Part shown: one piece after another, positions 52,376-61,145 of the stretch
How positions within the stretch are numbered: the stretch's first letter is position 1
Layout: each line of letters starts with the position of its first letter
Translations under genes and position numbers: made by a program
Notes under the pieces: generated by a model
Databases searched by the model: none
What the model was told of the DNA's origin: nothing
What the model saw: only the letters and a program-made list of their open reading frames with translations
Assembly: GCA_964654465.1 (NCBI GenBank)
Contig: CAZZIO010000065.1
Location: 64,001-128,000, forward strand
DNA length: 64,000 nt
Source of the DNA: an uncultured Dictyoglomota bacterium
GTDB lineage: Bacteria > Dictyoglomota > Dictyoglomia > Dictyoglomales > Dictyoglomaceae
Direction: 5' to 3'

Positions 52376-53338
52376 TTATTCATATTTAATTCTTGGATCA
52401 AGAAATGCATATATAATATCAACCAACAAGTTCATTGACATTACAGAAAGAGAAAGGATAAAAGTAGATGTTACCAATAATGGATAATCTCTCATAGATG
52501 CAGCATTAACAAAGAGCTGACCAAGACCAGGCACCCTAAATAGGTTTTCAATCCATACAGTACCTGTAAACAAAAAAGCAAGTTGAGGTCCAATAATAGT
52601 AACAATTGGAATCAAAGAGTTTCTTAAAGCATGTCTCATAATAACTGCTCTATCAGGTCCGCCTTTTGCATAAGCAGTTCTTATATAATCCTGATTAAGA
52701 ACATCTAAAAGACTTGATCTCATAAATCTTGCAATTACTGCCATAGGACCTAAACCGACAGCTATAACGGGCATAATCATTTGTTTTGGAGATTCCCATC
52801 CCGATGAAGGAAGCCATCTTAACCAAACACTAAAAACAAGTACCATAATAACTCCAATCAAATAAGCTGGAATGATACTTCCAAGCATAGAGAAGAACAT
52901 AGAAACATAATCTATCCATGTATTTCTTTTAAGAGCAGCAATAATTCCGAGAGGAATTCCAACAAGTACAGCAAGAGCCATAGATAAGATAGCAAGAGTA
53001 AAGGTAACTGGGAATCTTCGTGCAATTTGAACCTCAATAGGCTCATTAGGATTTGAAAAAGAAGGACCAAACTTAAATCTAAATGCATCTTTCAAATAAT
53101 TCCAAATCTGTTTCCACAAAGGTACATTTAAACCATATTTTTCTTCAAACCCTTTTATTAAAACTTGCAATTGCTCAGGAGTTAATGTTGCAACTTTACC
53201 TGCGCTTGCCTGGAACTGAGCAATATTGAAAAAATCACCAGGTGCAAGCCACATAAGAATATATGTGATAATAATTACCACAACAATTGAGACAAAAATA
53301 GTAAAAAGCCTACGTATTATATACTTTATAAGCCCCAT
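52376..53338 (-). CDS. oppB: Opp-type permease OppB
   Basis: DYIRTAYAKG, RHALRNS, RDYP and LDPRIK motifs. Confidence 0.9.
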   Translation of the reverse strand: MGLIKYIIRRLFTIFVSIVVVIIITYILMWLAPGDFFNIAQFQASAGKVATLTPEQLQVLIKGFEEKYGLNVPLWKQIWNYLKDAFRFKFGPSFSNPNEPIEVQIARRFPVTFTLAILSMALAVLVGIPLGIIAALKRNTWIDYVSMFFSMLGSIIPAYLIGVIMVLVFSVWLRWLPSSGWESPKQMIMPVIAVGLGPMAVIARFMRSSLLDVLNQDYIRTAYAKGGPDRAVIMRHALRNSLIPIVTIIGPQLAFLFTGTVWIENLFRVPGLGQLFVNAASMRDYPLLVTSTFILSLSVMSMNLLVDIIYAFLDPRIKYE

Positions 53339-53364
53339 ACTTTACCTCCTTTTAATAACAATTT

Positions 53365-53395
53365 AAAAAAGGGGAGGGCAATTATCCCTCCCCCT
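53365..53395 (-). terminator. Hairpin plus T-run after the binding-protein gene
   Basis: GGGGAGGG/CCCTCCCC stem followed by TTTTTT on the minus strand. Confidence 0.7.
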
Positions 53396-53420
53396 ATTCT
53401 ATCAAAAACTTAATCTATTT

Positions 53421-55364
53421 TTAATCCTTGAGATTTAGATATTTGAAATTGAAGAATCCAGGACCCCAAGAGAACTTATAGAGCATCAAACCTTCAAGTT
53501 TTGGATTCTTTACCCATTGAGCCTTTGCAAGATAAACTGGCACCATATAGTATCTATCTTGCATACCCTGTAATGCATAATGGGCAATCTTAACTGCTTC
53601 ACTAAATGGTCTATTTATAGCTCTAAATCTCCATCTATATGCTTGCTTACTTTCCTTGGAAAGGTTAAGATACCAGTTTTGGAATATTTCTTGCCCTGTA
53701 ATTTCTCTTCCAGCAAGTCTCCAATAATTTGTCTTCTCTTCCTTTGTCTTTGCTGCCTTCCATTTTTCATATAATTCATCAAAACGCTCAAACCAGGTTG
53801 GTTTTCTTGCAATATCTTCTTTCCAAAGTTTCTCAGGTTCATTATCTACAATCTTCTTCCAAGTTTCATATAATGTCTTCCTCTTCTCAAGAAGTGGTGC
53901 CCAATCTGCCTGTGTTAATCCACCATCTTTTCTTAACCAAGCATCATTTTCTTGGTTAAGTTCATGATATCTCTTCCTTGCAGAAGTTGGGAAGTCATAG
54001 AACCATACTGTATGATCAGAGTTCTTAAAGAGAGCTCCAATTTCCAAGTTGTTCATTGGGGCACCTATTACAGTAAATCCTGCCTTAGCATCTGGTGAGA
54101 ATGATGGCCATACATAAGAGTTCCAATAAAGTCCAGACTCTACGTTTTCTATTATAACATTTATACCAAGATTCTTTTTCCATTGATCTACTATAAATTC
54201 TACAACAGGATCTCCGCCACCAGTTATGTAGAATACAAGAGTCTTAAGTCCTTTTCCTCCTGGATATCCTGCTTCAGCAAGTAGTTGTTGTGCCTTCTTT
54301 ACATCAAATGGAATTGCCTTCATTTTGTCTCCTATTGGGTTACCATCTGGCCAATACTTGGCAAGAGGCAATGCCCTACCACCAAGTACATCTTTACAGA
54401 GTTTTTCCCTATCTATTGCCATTGCGAGAGCTTGTCTTAATTTAAGATTGTCCATTACAGGATCAAATCCACGAGACCATTGATAACCATTCCAGAAACA
54501 ATCCATTACATCCTCATGAAATTCCTTGGAAAGTTTTGGATCTGCCATGACAAACCTATATTCTGCAACGTTTCCTATCATTGCTGCATCAAGCTCTCCT
54601 GCCATGTATTGTTGAAGTCCAAGTCCTCCGAACTTAAGCACAATCTTATCTACATTACCAGTTTCACCTACATATTTTGGATTTTTGACTAATACCATAT
54701 CTTTACCAGGTGTCCATGATACCGGTATATATGGTCCATTTACTACTATTTTCCCGGGTCTCCACCAATTCTGTGGATCTGCCTCTACAGACTTCCTGTG
54801 AATTGGTACTCCCTGTGCTACGCAGAGCCATTCTTTCATATCGTATCTTGGTACATCAAGTCTAATTTCTAAGGTGTAATCATCAAGAGCTTTTACTCCA
54901 AGTTTACTTGGATCTTCCGCACCACTTTTTACTGCCCAGAAATTCTCAAAAAACTGAAGTGGTCCTGCCCACGCAGGTAAATCTTGAATCTTTGGACTTG
55001 CATAATATCTGAAGGACCACTCAAAATCTTTTGCTGTTACTGGATCTCCGTTAGACCATCTCTTATCTTTTCTCAATTTGAATGTCCATACTTTATAATC
55101 TTTAGATACCTTATAGCTTTGAGCAATAACAGGTACTACCTTTACTCCACCAAGTCCCTTAGGATCTGGTGCATATCCAAATAGACCTTCAAATATTGTA
55201 CCTTGAGCTAATATATGTTGGGCTTGCCAATAGTAAGGAATTAATCCTGGTGTATCCCAAAATGGTAAACTAACGACTTTTTCTTTTTGTCCACTTACCA
55301 CTCCAGAAAGAAGAAGAACAGAAATCAAAACTAACAAGATAATTAAACCTTTTTTGTTACGCAT
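53421..55364 (-). CDS. Family 5 (OppA-like) solute-binding protein, probably oligosaccharide-binding
   Basis: Signal peptide; WTFKLR..WSNGDPVTAKDF and NGPY motifs; lies upstream of GH5 genes. Confidence 0.85.
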   Translation of the reverse strand: MRNKKGLIILLVLISVLLLSGVVSGQKEKVVSLPFWDTPGLIPYYWQAQHILAQGTIFEGLFGYAPDPKGLGGVKVVPVIAQSYKVSKDYKVWTFKLRKDKRWSNGDPVTAKDFEWSFRYYASPKIQDLPAWAGPLQFFENFWAVKSGAEDPSKLGVKALDDYTLEIRLDVPRYDMKEWLCVAQGVPIHRKSVEADPQNWWRPGKIVVNGPYIPVSWTPGKDMVLVKNPKYVGETGNVDKIVLKFGGLGLQQYMAGELDAAMIGNVAEYRFVMADPKLSKEFHEDVMDCFWNGYQWSRGFDPVMDNLKLRQALAMAIDREKLCKDVLGGRALPLAKYWPDGNPIGDKMKAIPFDVKKAQQLLAEAGYPGGKGLKTLVFYITGGGDPVVEFIVDQWKKNLGINVIIENVESGLYWNSYVWPSFSPDAKAGFTVIGAPMNNLEIGALFKNSDHTVWFYDFPTSARKRYHELNQENDAWLRKDGGLTQADWAPLLEKRKTLYETWKKIVDNEPEKLWKEDIARKPTWFERFDELYEKWKAAKTKEEKTNYWRLAGREITGQEIFQNWYLNLSKESKQAYRWRFRAINRPFSEAVKIAHYALQGMQDRYYMVPVYLAKAQWVKNPKLEGLMLYKFSWGPGFFNFKYLNLKD

Positions 55365-55406
55365 CTAATCACTCCTCCCCCAAAAAGATTAAAGGTTCAT
55401 TAAAGA

Positions 55407-55505
55407 AAAACGTTTTGAGAATTTGTTTTTGCTTAAATATCACCTCCTTAGCTCGCTGTGAATATTTTCAAAATAATTTTATCTTAAACTAATTTTTTTT
55501 GTCAA
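55407..55505 (-). promoter_or_regulatory. Promoter and candidate LacI operator of the Opp/GH5 operon
   Basis: TTGACA(55505-55500)-18 nt-TAAAAT; CG-centred palindrome AAAACGTTTT at 55407-55416; divergent lacI gene. Confidence 0.6.
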
Positions 55506-55646
55506 TAGAATTTTAAGAAAAAATTAAGAAAATTACATTACTTTAAAGATTTCTATCTGAAAAAAACTTATTATTTTCAATTTGCTATAATTATTGTAAA
55601 GTTTGTATAATATCATACAAAAAAAATAAAAAGGGGTGAAAAATAA

Positions 55647-56663
55647 TTGAAAAAAGTAAAGATAAACATAAGAGACATAGCAAAACTTGCAAACGTATCA
55701 GTAGCAACTGTTTCAAGGGTTATTAATGGAAGTCCTAATGTTAGTGAAAAAACAAGAAAAAAAGTATTAAAAATTATTCAAGAATATGACTACCATCCCA
55801 GTGCTTTTGCTCAAAAATTATCAAAAGCGAGAACTCAAATTGTTTCTCTCATTATCCCATATGAAAGAGGGTTTATTCTTTCAGACGCCTTCTTTCCTCC
55901 TTTGATTAAAGGAATAACAGAAATATTAGATAGAAATGAATATAATATTATGTTATCAATGCTTGAAACACCCTATATTCCAGAAAAATATATATCTTTA
56001 TATAAACAGGGTGTAGTAGATGGCTATATATTAGCAAACGTGAAAAAAGACGATCCTTTTCCTGAAATGTTATATAATGACAATATACCTTTTGTAAGTG
56101 TTGGCAAAGTTTCATCAAAACTTAAAAAATATCCATATGTAGATACTGATAACGTAAAAGGAGCATATGATGCCACTATTTATTTCTTAGAAAAAGGTCA
56201 TAAACGTATAGCCCTTCTTAAAGGAAATAACACTCATAGCTTTATACAAGAAAGATATGAAGGCTATATTTTAGCATTAAAAAGATATGGAGTTAAACCT
56301 GATCCAAAATTAATAGTTGAAGAAAGCTTAACTATTGACGGTGGCTACAAAGCTATGAAGAAACTTTTAAAACTTGAAAATCCACCCAGTGCTGTGTTAG
56401 CTTGTAGCGACTACATGGCAATAGGAGCTATAAATGCTGCTATAGAAGAAAATTGGGAAGTACCAGATGATATATCCGTAATTGGTTTTGACGATCTATA
56501 TATAGATGCAAGAATAGATCCACCTCTTGCTTCTGTAAGACAGGAAATTGAAGAGATGGGTCAAGAATCAGCAAGACTCTTCTTACATATTCTTGATAAT
56601 CCTAACGATTACGAACCCAAAATTATACCAGCTACTTTTATATGGAGAAAATCCGCCGGATAA
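55647..56663 (+). CDS. LacI-family transcriptional regulator
   Basis: IRDIAKLANVSVATVSRVIN and VPDDISVIGFDD motifs. Confidence 0.93.
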   Translation: MKKVKINIRDIAKLANVSVATVSRVINGSPNVSEKTRKKVLKIIQEYDYHPSAFAQKLSKARTQIVSLIIPYERGFILSDAFFPPLIKGITEILDRNEYNIMLSMLETPYIPEKYISLYKQGVVDGYILANVKKDDPFPEMLYNDNIPFVSVGKVSSKLKKYPYVDTDNVKGAYDATIYFLEKGHKRIALLKGNNTHSFIQERYEGYILALKRYGVKPDPKLIVEESLTIDGGYKAMKKLLKLENPPSAVLACSDYMAIGAINAAIEENWEVPDDISVIGFDDLYIDARIDPPLASVRQEIEEMGQESARLFLHILDNPNDYEPKIIPATFIWRKSAG

Positions 56664-56665
56664 TG

Positions 56666-57559
56666 TCAGATAATATCTTTTTCCTCTGAAATAATCTTTA
56701 CATTACCTACACCAGCTTTAACCCTTAAATGTATTATTTCTTTACTGCTTTCTTTTCCTTGTTCTATATTCTTATCCACTGTTACCTTTCCAATTCCAGC
56801 TTCTGTTGTAAGATCTAAAACACTACCTTTTGGAATATATACACTTATATTACCTACTCCACCTTCTACTTCTACATAACAGGATCTCTTGGGTAAAAAA
56901 ATTTTTATATTGCCTACTCCACCTTTCACTTCCAAATTATTTAACTTAAAATTTCTCATATCTAAGGTGCTATTTCCAACGCCTGAATTAAATACAAGAT
57001 CTATATTAGTATTAGAATTGATTTCTATGTCTACTTCATCTAATTTACCTATTCTTCCAAAAAAAGGAATCTCTCTATCAAAATCTTCAAAATTAAGACA
57101 TAAACTCAAACTACCATTTATTTCTTCATCTTTTACTTTATTAATCTTAAAACCTGTATTAGAATTTATATATATCAGATCTCCTTTATTATCTTTCTCA
57201 AAACCTCTTAACAATACATTTCTGTTACCAACAGAAATACTTAAACTAATAGATTTTAAATTCTCTCTAAAAGGATACCTCCATTCTCTATAAAAATTAT
57301 GGCCTCTGTTCCTAAAATATTGACTACTATAAGGAGAGAAAAAGATTATTAGTATAACTAAGCCGATAATTATCAAAACTAAAACCCAACCAAACCATCT
57401 CTTTTCTCCTAATATTAAATCAAGTCCCCAAAAAATAAATATTAACGGCCAAAATCTAAGAAAATCTTTTAAATAGAACCTGATTATTCCTATCTCTGAT
57501 AATAACAATAACACTCCTATTAATATCAAAAAAATTCCAAATATGGATACTCTTCTCAT
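56666..57559 (-). CDS. LiaF/DUF5668-type membrane protein with toast-rack (DUF2154-like) domain
   Basis: LILIGVLLLL..FWPL N-terminus; repeated GVGN beta motifs. Confidence 0.72.
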   Translation of the reverse strand: MRRVSIFGIFLILIGVLLLLSEIGIIRFYLKDFLRFWPLIFIFWGLDLILGEKRWFGWVLVLIIIGLVILIIFFSPYSSQYFRNRGHNFYREWRYPFRENLKSISLSISVGNRNVLLRGFEKDNKGDLIYINSNTGFKINKVKDEEINGSLSLCLNFEDFDREIPFFGRIGKLDEVDIEINSNTNIDLVFNSGVGNSTLDMRNFKLNNLEVKGGVGNIKIFLPKRSCYVEVEGGVGNISVYIPKGSVLDLTTEAGIGKVTVDKNIEQGKESSKEIIHLRVKAGVGNVKIISEEKDII

Positions 57560-57574
57560 AATCTTTTCCTCCTT

Positions 57575-57961
57575 TTATTTTTTGAACATCAATAAAAATC
57601 CTATGATTATAAGAGTTAAAGCCAAAACAATATTAAAAGATATGGTAAAAAAGTTAAAAGTTTTTCCCAAAAAATAAACTCCTATAGCAAGAAGAATCCA
57701 ACCTAAAAGTTCATTTTTATGAGCATATATATCCTTTCTTTCTAATTCTCCATCTTCCTGTGATCCTTCTTCATACCATGGAGCTTCTGGTATAACTATT
57801 GCACAAAGAAGGTATAAAAGAAAACTAAAAGGACCCAATATTAAGATGGAAAATATAAAAATTAGTCTAATAATAACTGGATCTATACCCAAATACTCAC
57901 CTATACCACCACTTACACCAAGAAAAACCCTATTTTTTTTGCTTCTATAAAGTCTCTTCAT
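57575..57961 (-). CDS. PspC domain protein with extra TM domain
   Basis: RLYRS..NRVFLGVSGGIGEYLGIDP motif. Confidence 0.88.
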   Translation of the reverse strand: MKRLYRSKKNRVFLGVSGGIGEYLGIDPVIIRLIFIFSILILGPFSFLLYLLCAIVIPEAPWYEEGSQEDGELERKDIYAHKNELLGWILLAIGVYFLGKTFNFFTISFNIVLALTLIIIGFLLMFKK

Positions 57962-57979
57962 TTTTAAAATCCCCCTTTC

Positions 57980-58228
57980 TTATAGATGTTGAATTGGCCC
58001 AGAAGGTGTTATATCATCATGTTCATTCTTCTCAGAAATATCAGGTTCTTCCGGTATTATAAGAGCAGAAAGAAAATATACTACAACAAGGGAAAAATTG
58101 AAGGCTATCAAAAAGAAAATAAAAATAAGCCTTATTATTGTTGGATCAATATTCAAATATTCTCCTATACCACCACATACACCAAGTATAACTCTGTTTT
58201 TCTTACTTCTATATAATCTTTTTTCCAT
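57980..58228 (-). CDS. pspC: PspC domain protein
   Basis: RLYRS..NRVILGVCGGIGEYLNIDP motif. Confidence 0.88.
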   Translation of the reverse strand: MEKRLYRSKKNRVILGVCGGIGEYLNIDPTIIRLIFIFFLIAFNFSLVVVYFLSALIIPEEPDISEKNEHDDITPSGPIQHL

Positions 58229-58369
58229 AAATTTATCACCTCCTCTACATATAATACGAAGAAATATTAAAAAAAGTTGCCTTTTAATTAAGTTTTAAGA
58301 AAATTTTAACAATAACTCAAATTTCTCTTTTTAAAATATGTAGCAAAAATAAGAAAGGTAAGGTGATGG

Positions 58370-58885
58370 GTGTTGAATTATAAAAAGATACCAGTTTTGA
58401 GCTTAGGTTTAGCATTACTTATCTTGGGAAGTTATTTAAGTTTTTATCTACCCTTTACTACAGTCCCATTTACTCTACAAGTATTATTTTTGTTTTTAAT
58501 AAGTCTTTTCTTTTCACCTATGGAAACTTTCTATATTGTTTTCTCTTACCTAATATTAGGAGGTTTAGGGATTCCTGTATTCGCTGGAGGAAGAGGAGGC
58601 CTAAATATCCTTTTTGGAGCTACAGGAGGATATCTTTTTGGGTTCTTATTGGGAGGTATAACCATTTCTTTATTAAAAAGATATTCTGAGATCTTAGCCC
58701 TTATCTTTGGTATTTTTGTAATTTATTTATTAGGAAGCATGTGGCTTTCTATTGCTATAAAAATACCATATACAAAAGCAATCTTAACAGGAGTATTACC
58801 TTTTATACCCTATGACTTATTAAAAGGTATCATAGCACTAACAATATGGAACAAATTAAAAACTCACATAAAATCAAATAGTTAA
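58370..58885 (+). CDS. bioY: Biotin ECF transporter S-component
   Basis: VPFTLQ, G.PVFAGG, TGGYL.GF and PFIPYD..K motifs. Confidence 0.92.
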   Translation: MLNYKKIPVLSLGLALLILGSYLSFYLPFTTVPFTLQVLFLFLISLFFSPMETFYIVFSYLILGGLGIPVFAGGRGGLNILFGATGGYLFGFLLGGITISLLKRYSEILALIFGIFVIYLLGSMWLSIAIKIPYTKAILTGVLPFIPYDLLKGIIALTIWNKLKTHIKSNS

Positions 58886-61027
58886 CTTCGCCAATATTTC
58901 TTCGGGTATAAGATCAGATACTTTTATTTCAGCAAGAGCCATAACTTCATCTGCACTACCATAATATATCAAAAGTTCATCGTCTAATTCTAAAATTTCA
59001 TTGGAATCTTTGCTCTTTGGTACAACACCACAGGTAAATACCACATTAGGGACCCAACCAGTAGTTTCATATAGTTCTTCAGGTTGAAGAATAGGCTCTG
59101 ATGATCTATATAAAATTTTTTCTGGATCTTCAAGAGATGTTAGTACAACTCCCAAACCATAGGCTCTTCTTCCCATCCAATTACCAACCCCATGATAAAT
59201 ATGAATCCACCCAAAACGTGTCTTTAGAGGTGGGGCTCCTGCCCCAATCTTTATACTATCCCAAGTATTAGGAGAAGGCATCAAAAAGGTTTTACCAACT
59301 TTTATACTTTTAGCTTTAAGCTCATCTGTATAAAGTATCTGCATATCAGGAGGTATTCTATGAATAAGAGCTACTTTCTTATCCAAAAGTTCTGGGAAAA
59401 TTGTTACAAAATCATCCTCTTCTCTTTTACCATTTGAAAATTCCCTATTTCTTTCATTTACAACATAAAGTACTGCATCTTTATCTTCTAAGTACTTAAA
59501 TATCGGGCCATTTCTCACCCAAGCATTATTCCATTCTTCAAAACTTTTAAATTTCTTTACCCCATCCAAAAAAGTATTTAAAGGTATCTTTGCCATAGCA
59601 AGCTGTACCACATCTCCATAAGCTGTATAGGTCATATATAACCAATCATCAATGAGAGTAATTCTTGGATCTTCAGTACCTCCTACCTCTCTAATCATTC
59701 CAAATGTTCTCTTCTGCCATTTTCTACGCTGTTCTGGCTTCTTTGGCATTTCATATTCTTCCTTAGGACCAAATATAGGATAGTCAAGTCTTCCTTCTTC
59801 TTTATAACCATCCTTTGACCACCACAATCCAATGCGAGAAACCCCATCTTCTCCCAAAGCTCTATAAAGCACATAAATAGTTCCATTAATTCTAATAGCT
59901 CCAGCATTATAAACTAACCTTTCCCATTTTATCTTCTTTCTGTTTATGTTTAAGTAAACATTTGGTCTTGCTCTAAATAATGGATTATTCTGAAATCTAA
60001 TAGCCTTTTTAGATGCTCTATATTGGGGTGGTTCTAATAGTTCTCTAAAGATAAATAAAAATTGACTACCAACAAGTTCAGGAGAATGAGCATAGGCAAA
60101 TGCTCTTGATGTACCGAGAATTATATCTCTTAGGTTTTTATTTTCAAATAATAGTTTTATTTTGTAAAAAAGATCATCTTTATTTTTAAACCTCAAAACA
60201 CCTGTATAAAGCTCGGTTTTTGATATTCCCTTTATTTCTGTCCTTTCTTTACCATCAAATTTTATGGCTTCATTGTATAAAAAATTATTAAATATCTTAT
60301 ATTTTATAACGAGAGGTGTCCCCCAACCTATAAGTTTATAAACCTCAAAAGGTTCCACTTCATCTCCTCCATCCATAATAACCATTTCGGAAGCTCCCAC
60401 GATTTGCAAATCATCATCCCATATTCCACCTAATATAACAGAATCCACATTAAGCTTATTTTTAGCAACAAATTTTTCAACCTTCAACTTCCTTTCATAA
60501 GTAGAAACTAAAACAACAATATAAAGATTTAATAAACTTTTTACATAAGAAAGATAAAATAGGACATTCTCAAAAGAATAATCGCCCATTACAAGAATTA
60601 TCCTTTTATCTTGAGGAAATCCCAACTTTTCTCTTGAGATCTCCAAATTCTTTTTAAAAACAGGATAAGAAGGAAATTTTACCAAATATATATTTTTAGG
60701 CAAATATTCTTCCCAAAAAAAGGAAATAATTCCATCCCACTTATGTCTCCATATAGGATGATCAGAATTTTTAATTGTTTTAGGATAATTTAAAAAAAGA
60801 GTTTTTCCTTTAACATTTCTAATCTCTTCTAATAACATTCGCCATGGAATATGATCCTTAGGACTATCAACAATTAGATATATCTTAGAATTTATATCCC
60901 TAATTTTATAGTTATATTCAATTTCTACATTAAATCCTTCTTCTTTCCAATAATCAACTACTGGAGTTAAAAAATCATGAAACCCTAATAATGTTATTTT
61001 ATCTCCCTTTCTTAATCCTGCCATCAT
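58874..61027 (-). CDS. Fusion of a divergent GT-B-like N-terminus with a GH130 glycoside phosphorylase/hydrolase C-terminus
   Basis: YNAGA, LYRA, EDPRIT, YMTYTAY, DKDA, HRI, KIGAG, IYHGV, PNVVF and YYGSAD GH130 motifs. Confidence 0.8.
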   Translation of the reverse strand: MMAGLRKGDKITLLGFHDFLTPVVDYWKEEGFNVEIEYNYKIRDINSKIYLIVDSPKDHIPWRMLLEEIRNVKGKTLFLNYPKTIKNSDHPIWRHKWDGIISFFWEEYLPKNIYLVKFPSYPVFKKNLEISREKLGFPQDKRIILVMGDYSFENVLFYLSYVKSLLNLYIVVLVSTYERKLKVEKFVAKNKLNVDSVILGGIWDDDLQIVGASEMVIMDGGDEVEPFEVYKLIGWGTPLVIKYKIFNNFLYNEAIKFDGKERTEIKGISKTELYTGVLRFKNKDDLFYKIKLLFENKNLRDIILGTSRAFAYAHSPELVGSQFLFIFRELLEPPQYRASKKAIRFQNNPLFRARPNVYLNINRKKIKWERLVYNAGAIRINGTIYVLYRALGEDGVSRIGLWWSKDGYKEEGRLDYPIFGPKEEYEMPKKPEQRRKWQKRTFGMIREVGGTEDPRITLIDDWLYMTYTAYGDVVQLAMAKIPLNTFLDGVKKFKSFEEWNNAWVRNGPIFKYLEDKDAVLYVVNERNREFSNGKREEDDFVTIFPELLDKKVALIHRIPPDMQILYTDELKAKSIKVGKTFLMPSPNTWDSIKIGAGAPPLKTRFGWIHIYHGVGNWMGRRAYGLGVVLTSLEDPEKILYRSSEPILQPEELYETTGWVPNVVFTCGVVPKSKDSNEILELDDELLIYYGSADEVMALAEIKVSDLIPEEILAKLTI

Positions 61028-61145
61028 AATACCTTCAACTCCTCCATCAAGTCTTTCTCTAATTCATTCCAAAGGATTATATTAATAGAATCTATAAAAA
61101 AATCAAGCCAAAAAAGTTACAAAAAAATCATGTATAATATTAAGC

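Noticed and set aside
1677-53395. Purine-rich intergenic hairpins as a REP/MITE family or CRISPR repeats
   Set aside because: The sequences differ from each other, are single-copy, and sit at gene 3' ends like ordinary terminators or stabilisers
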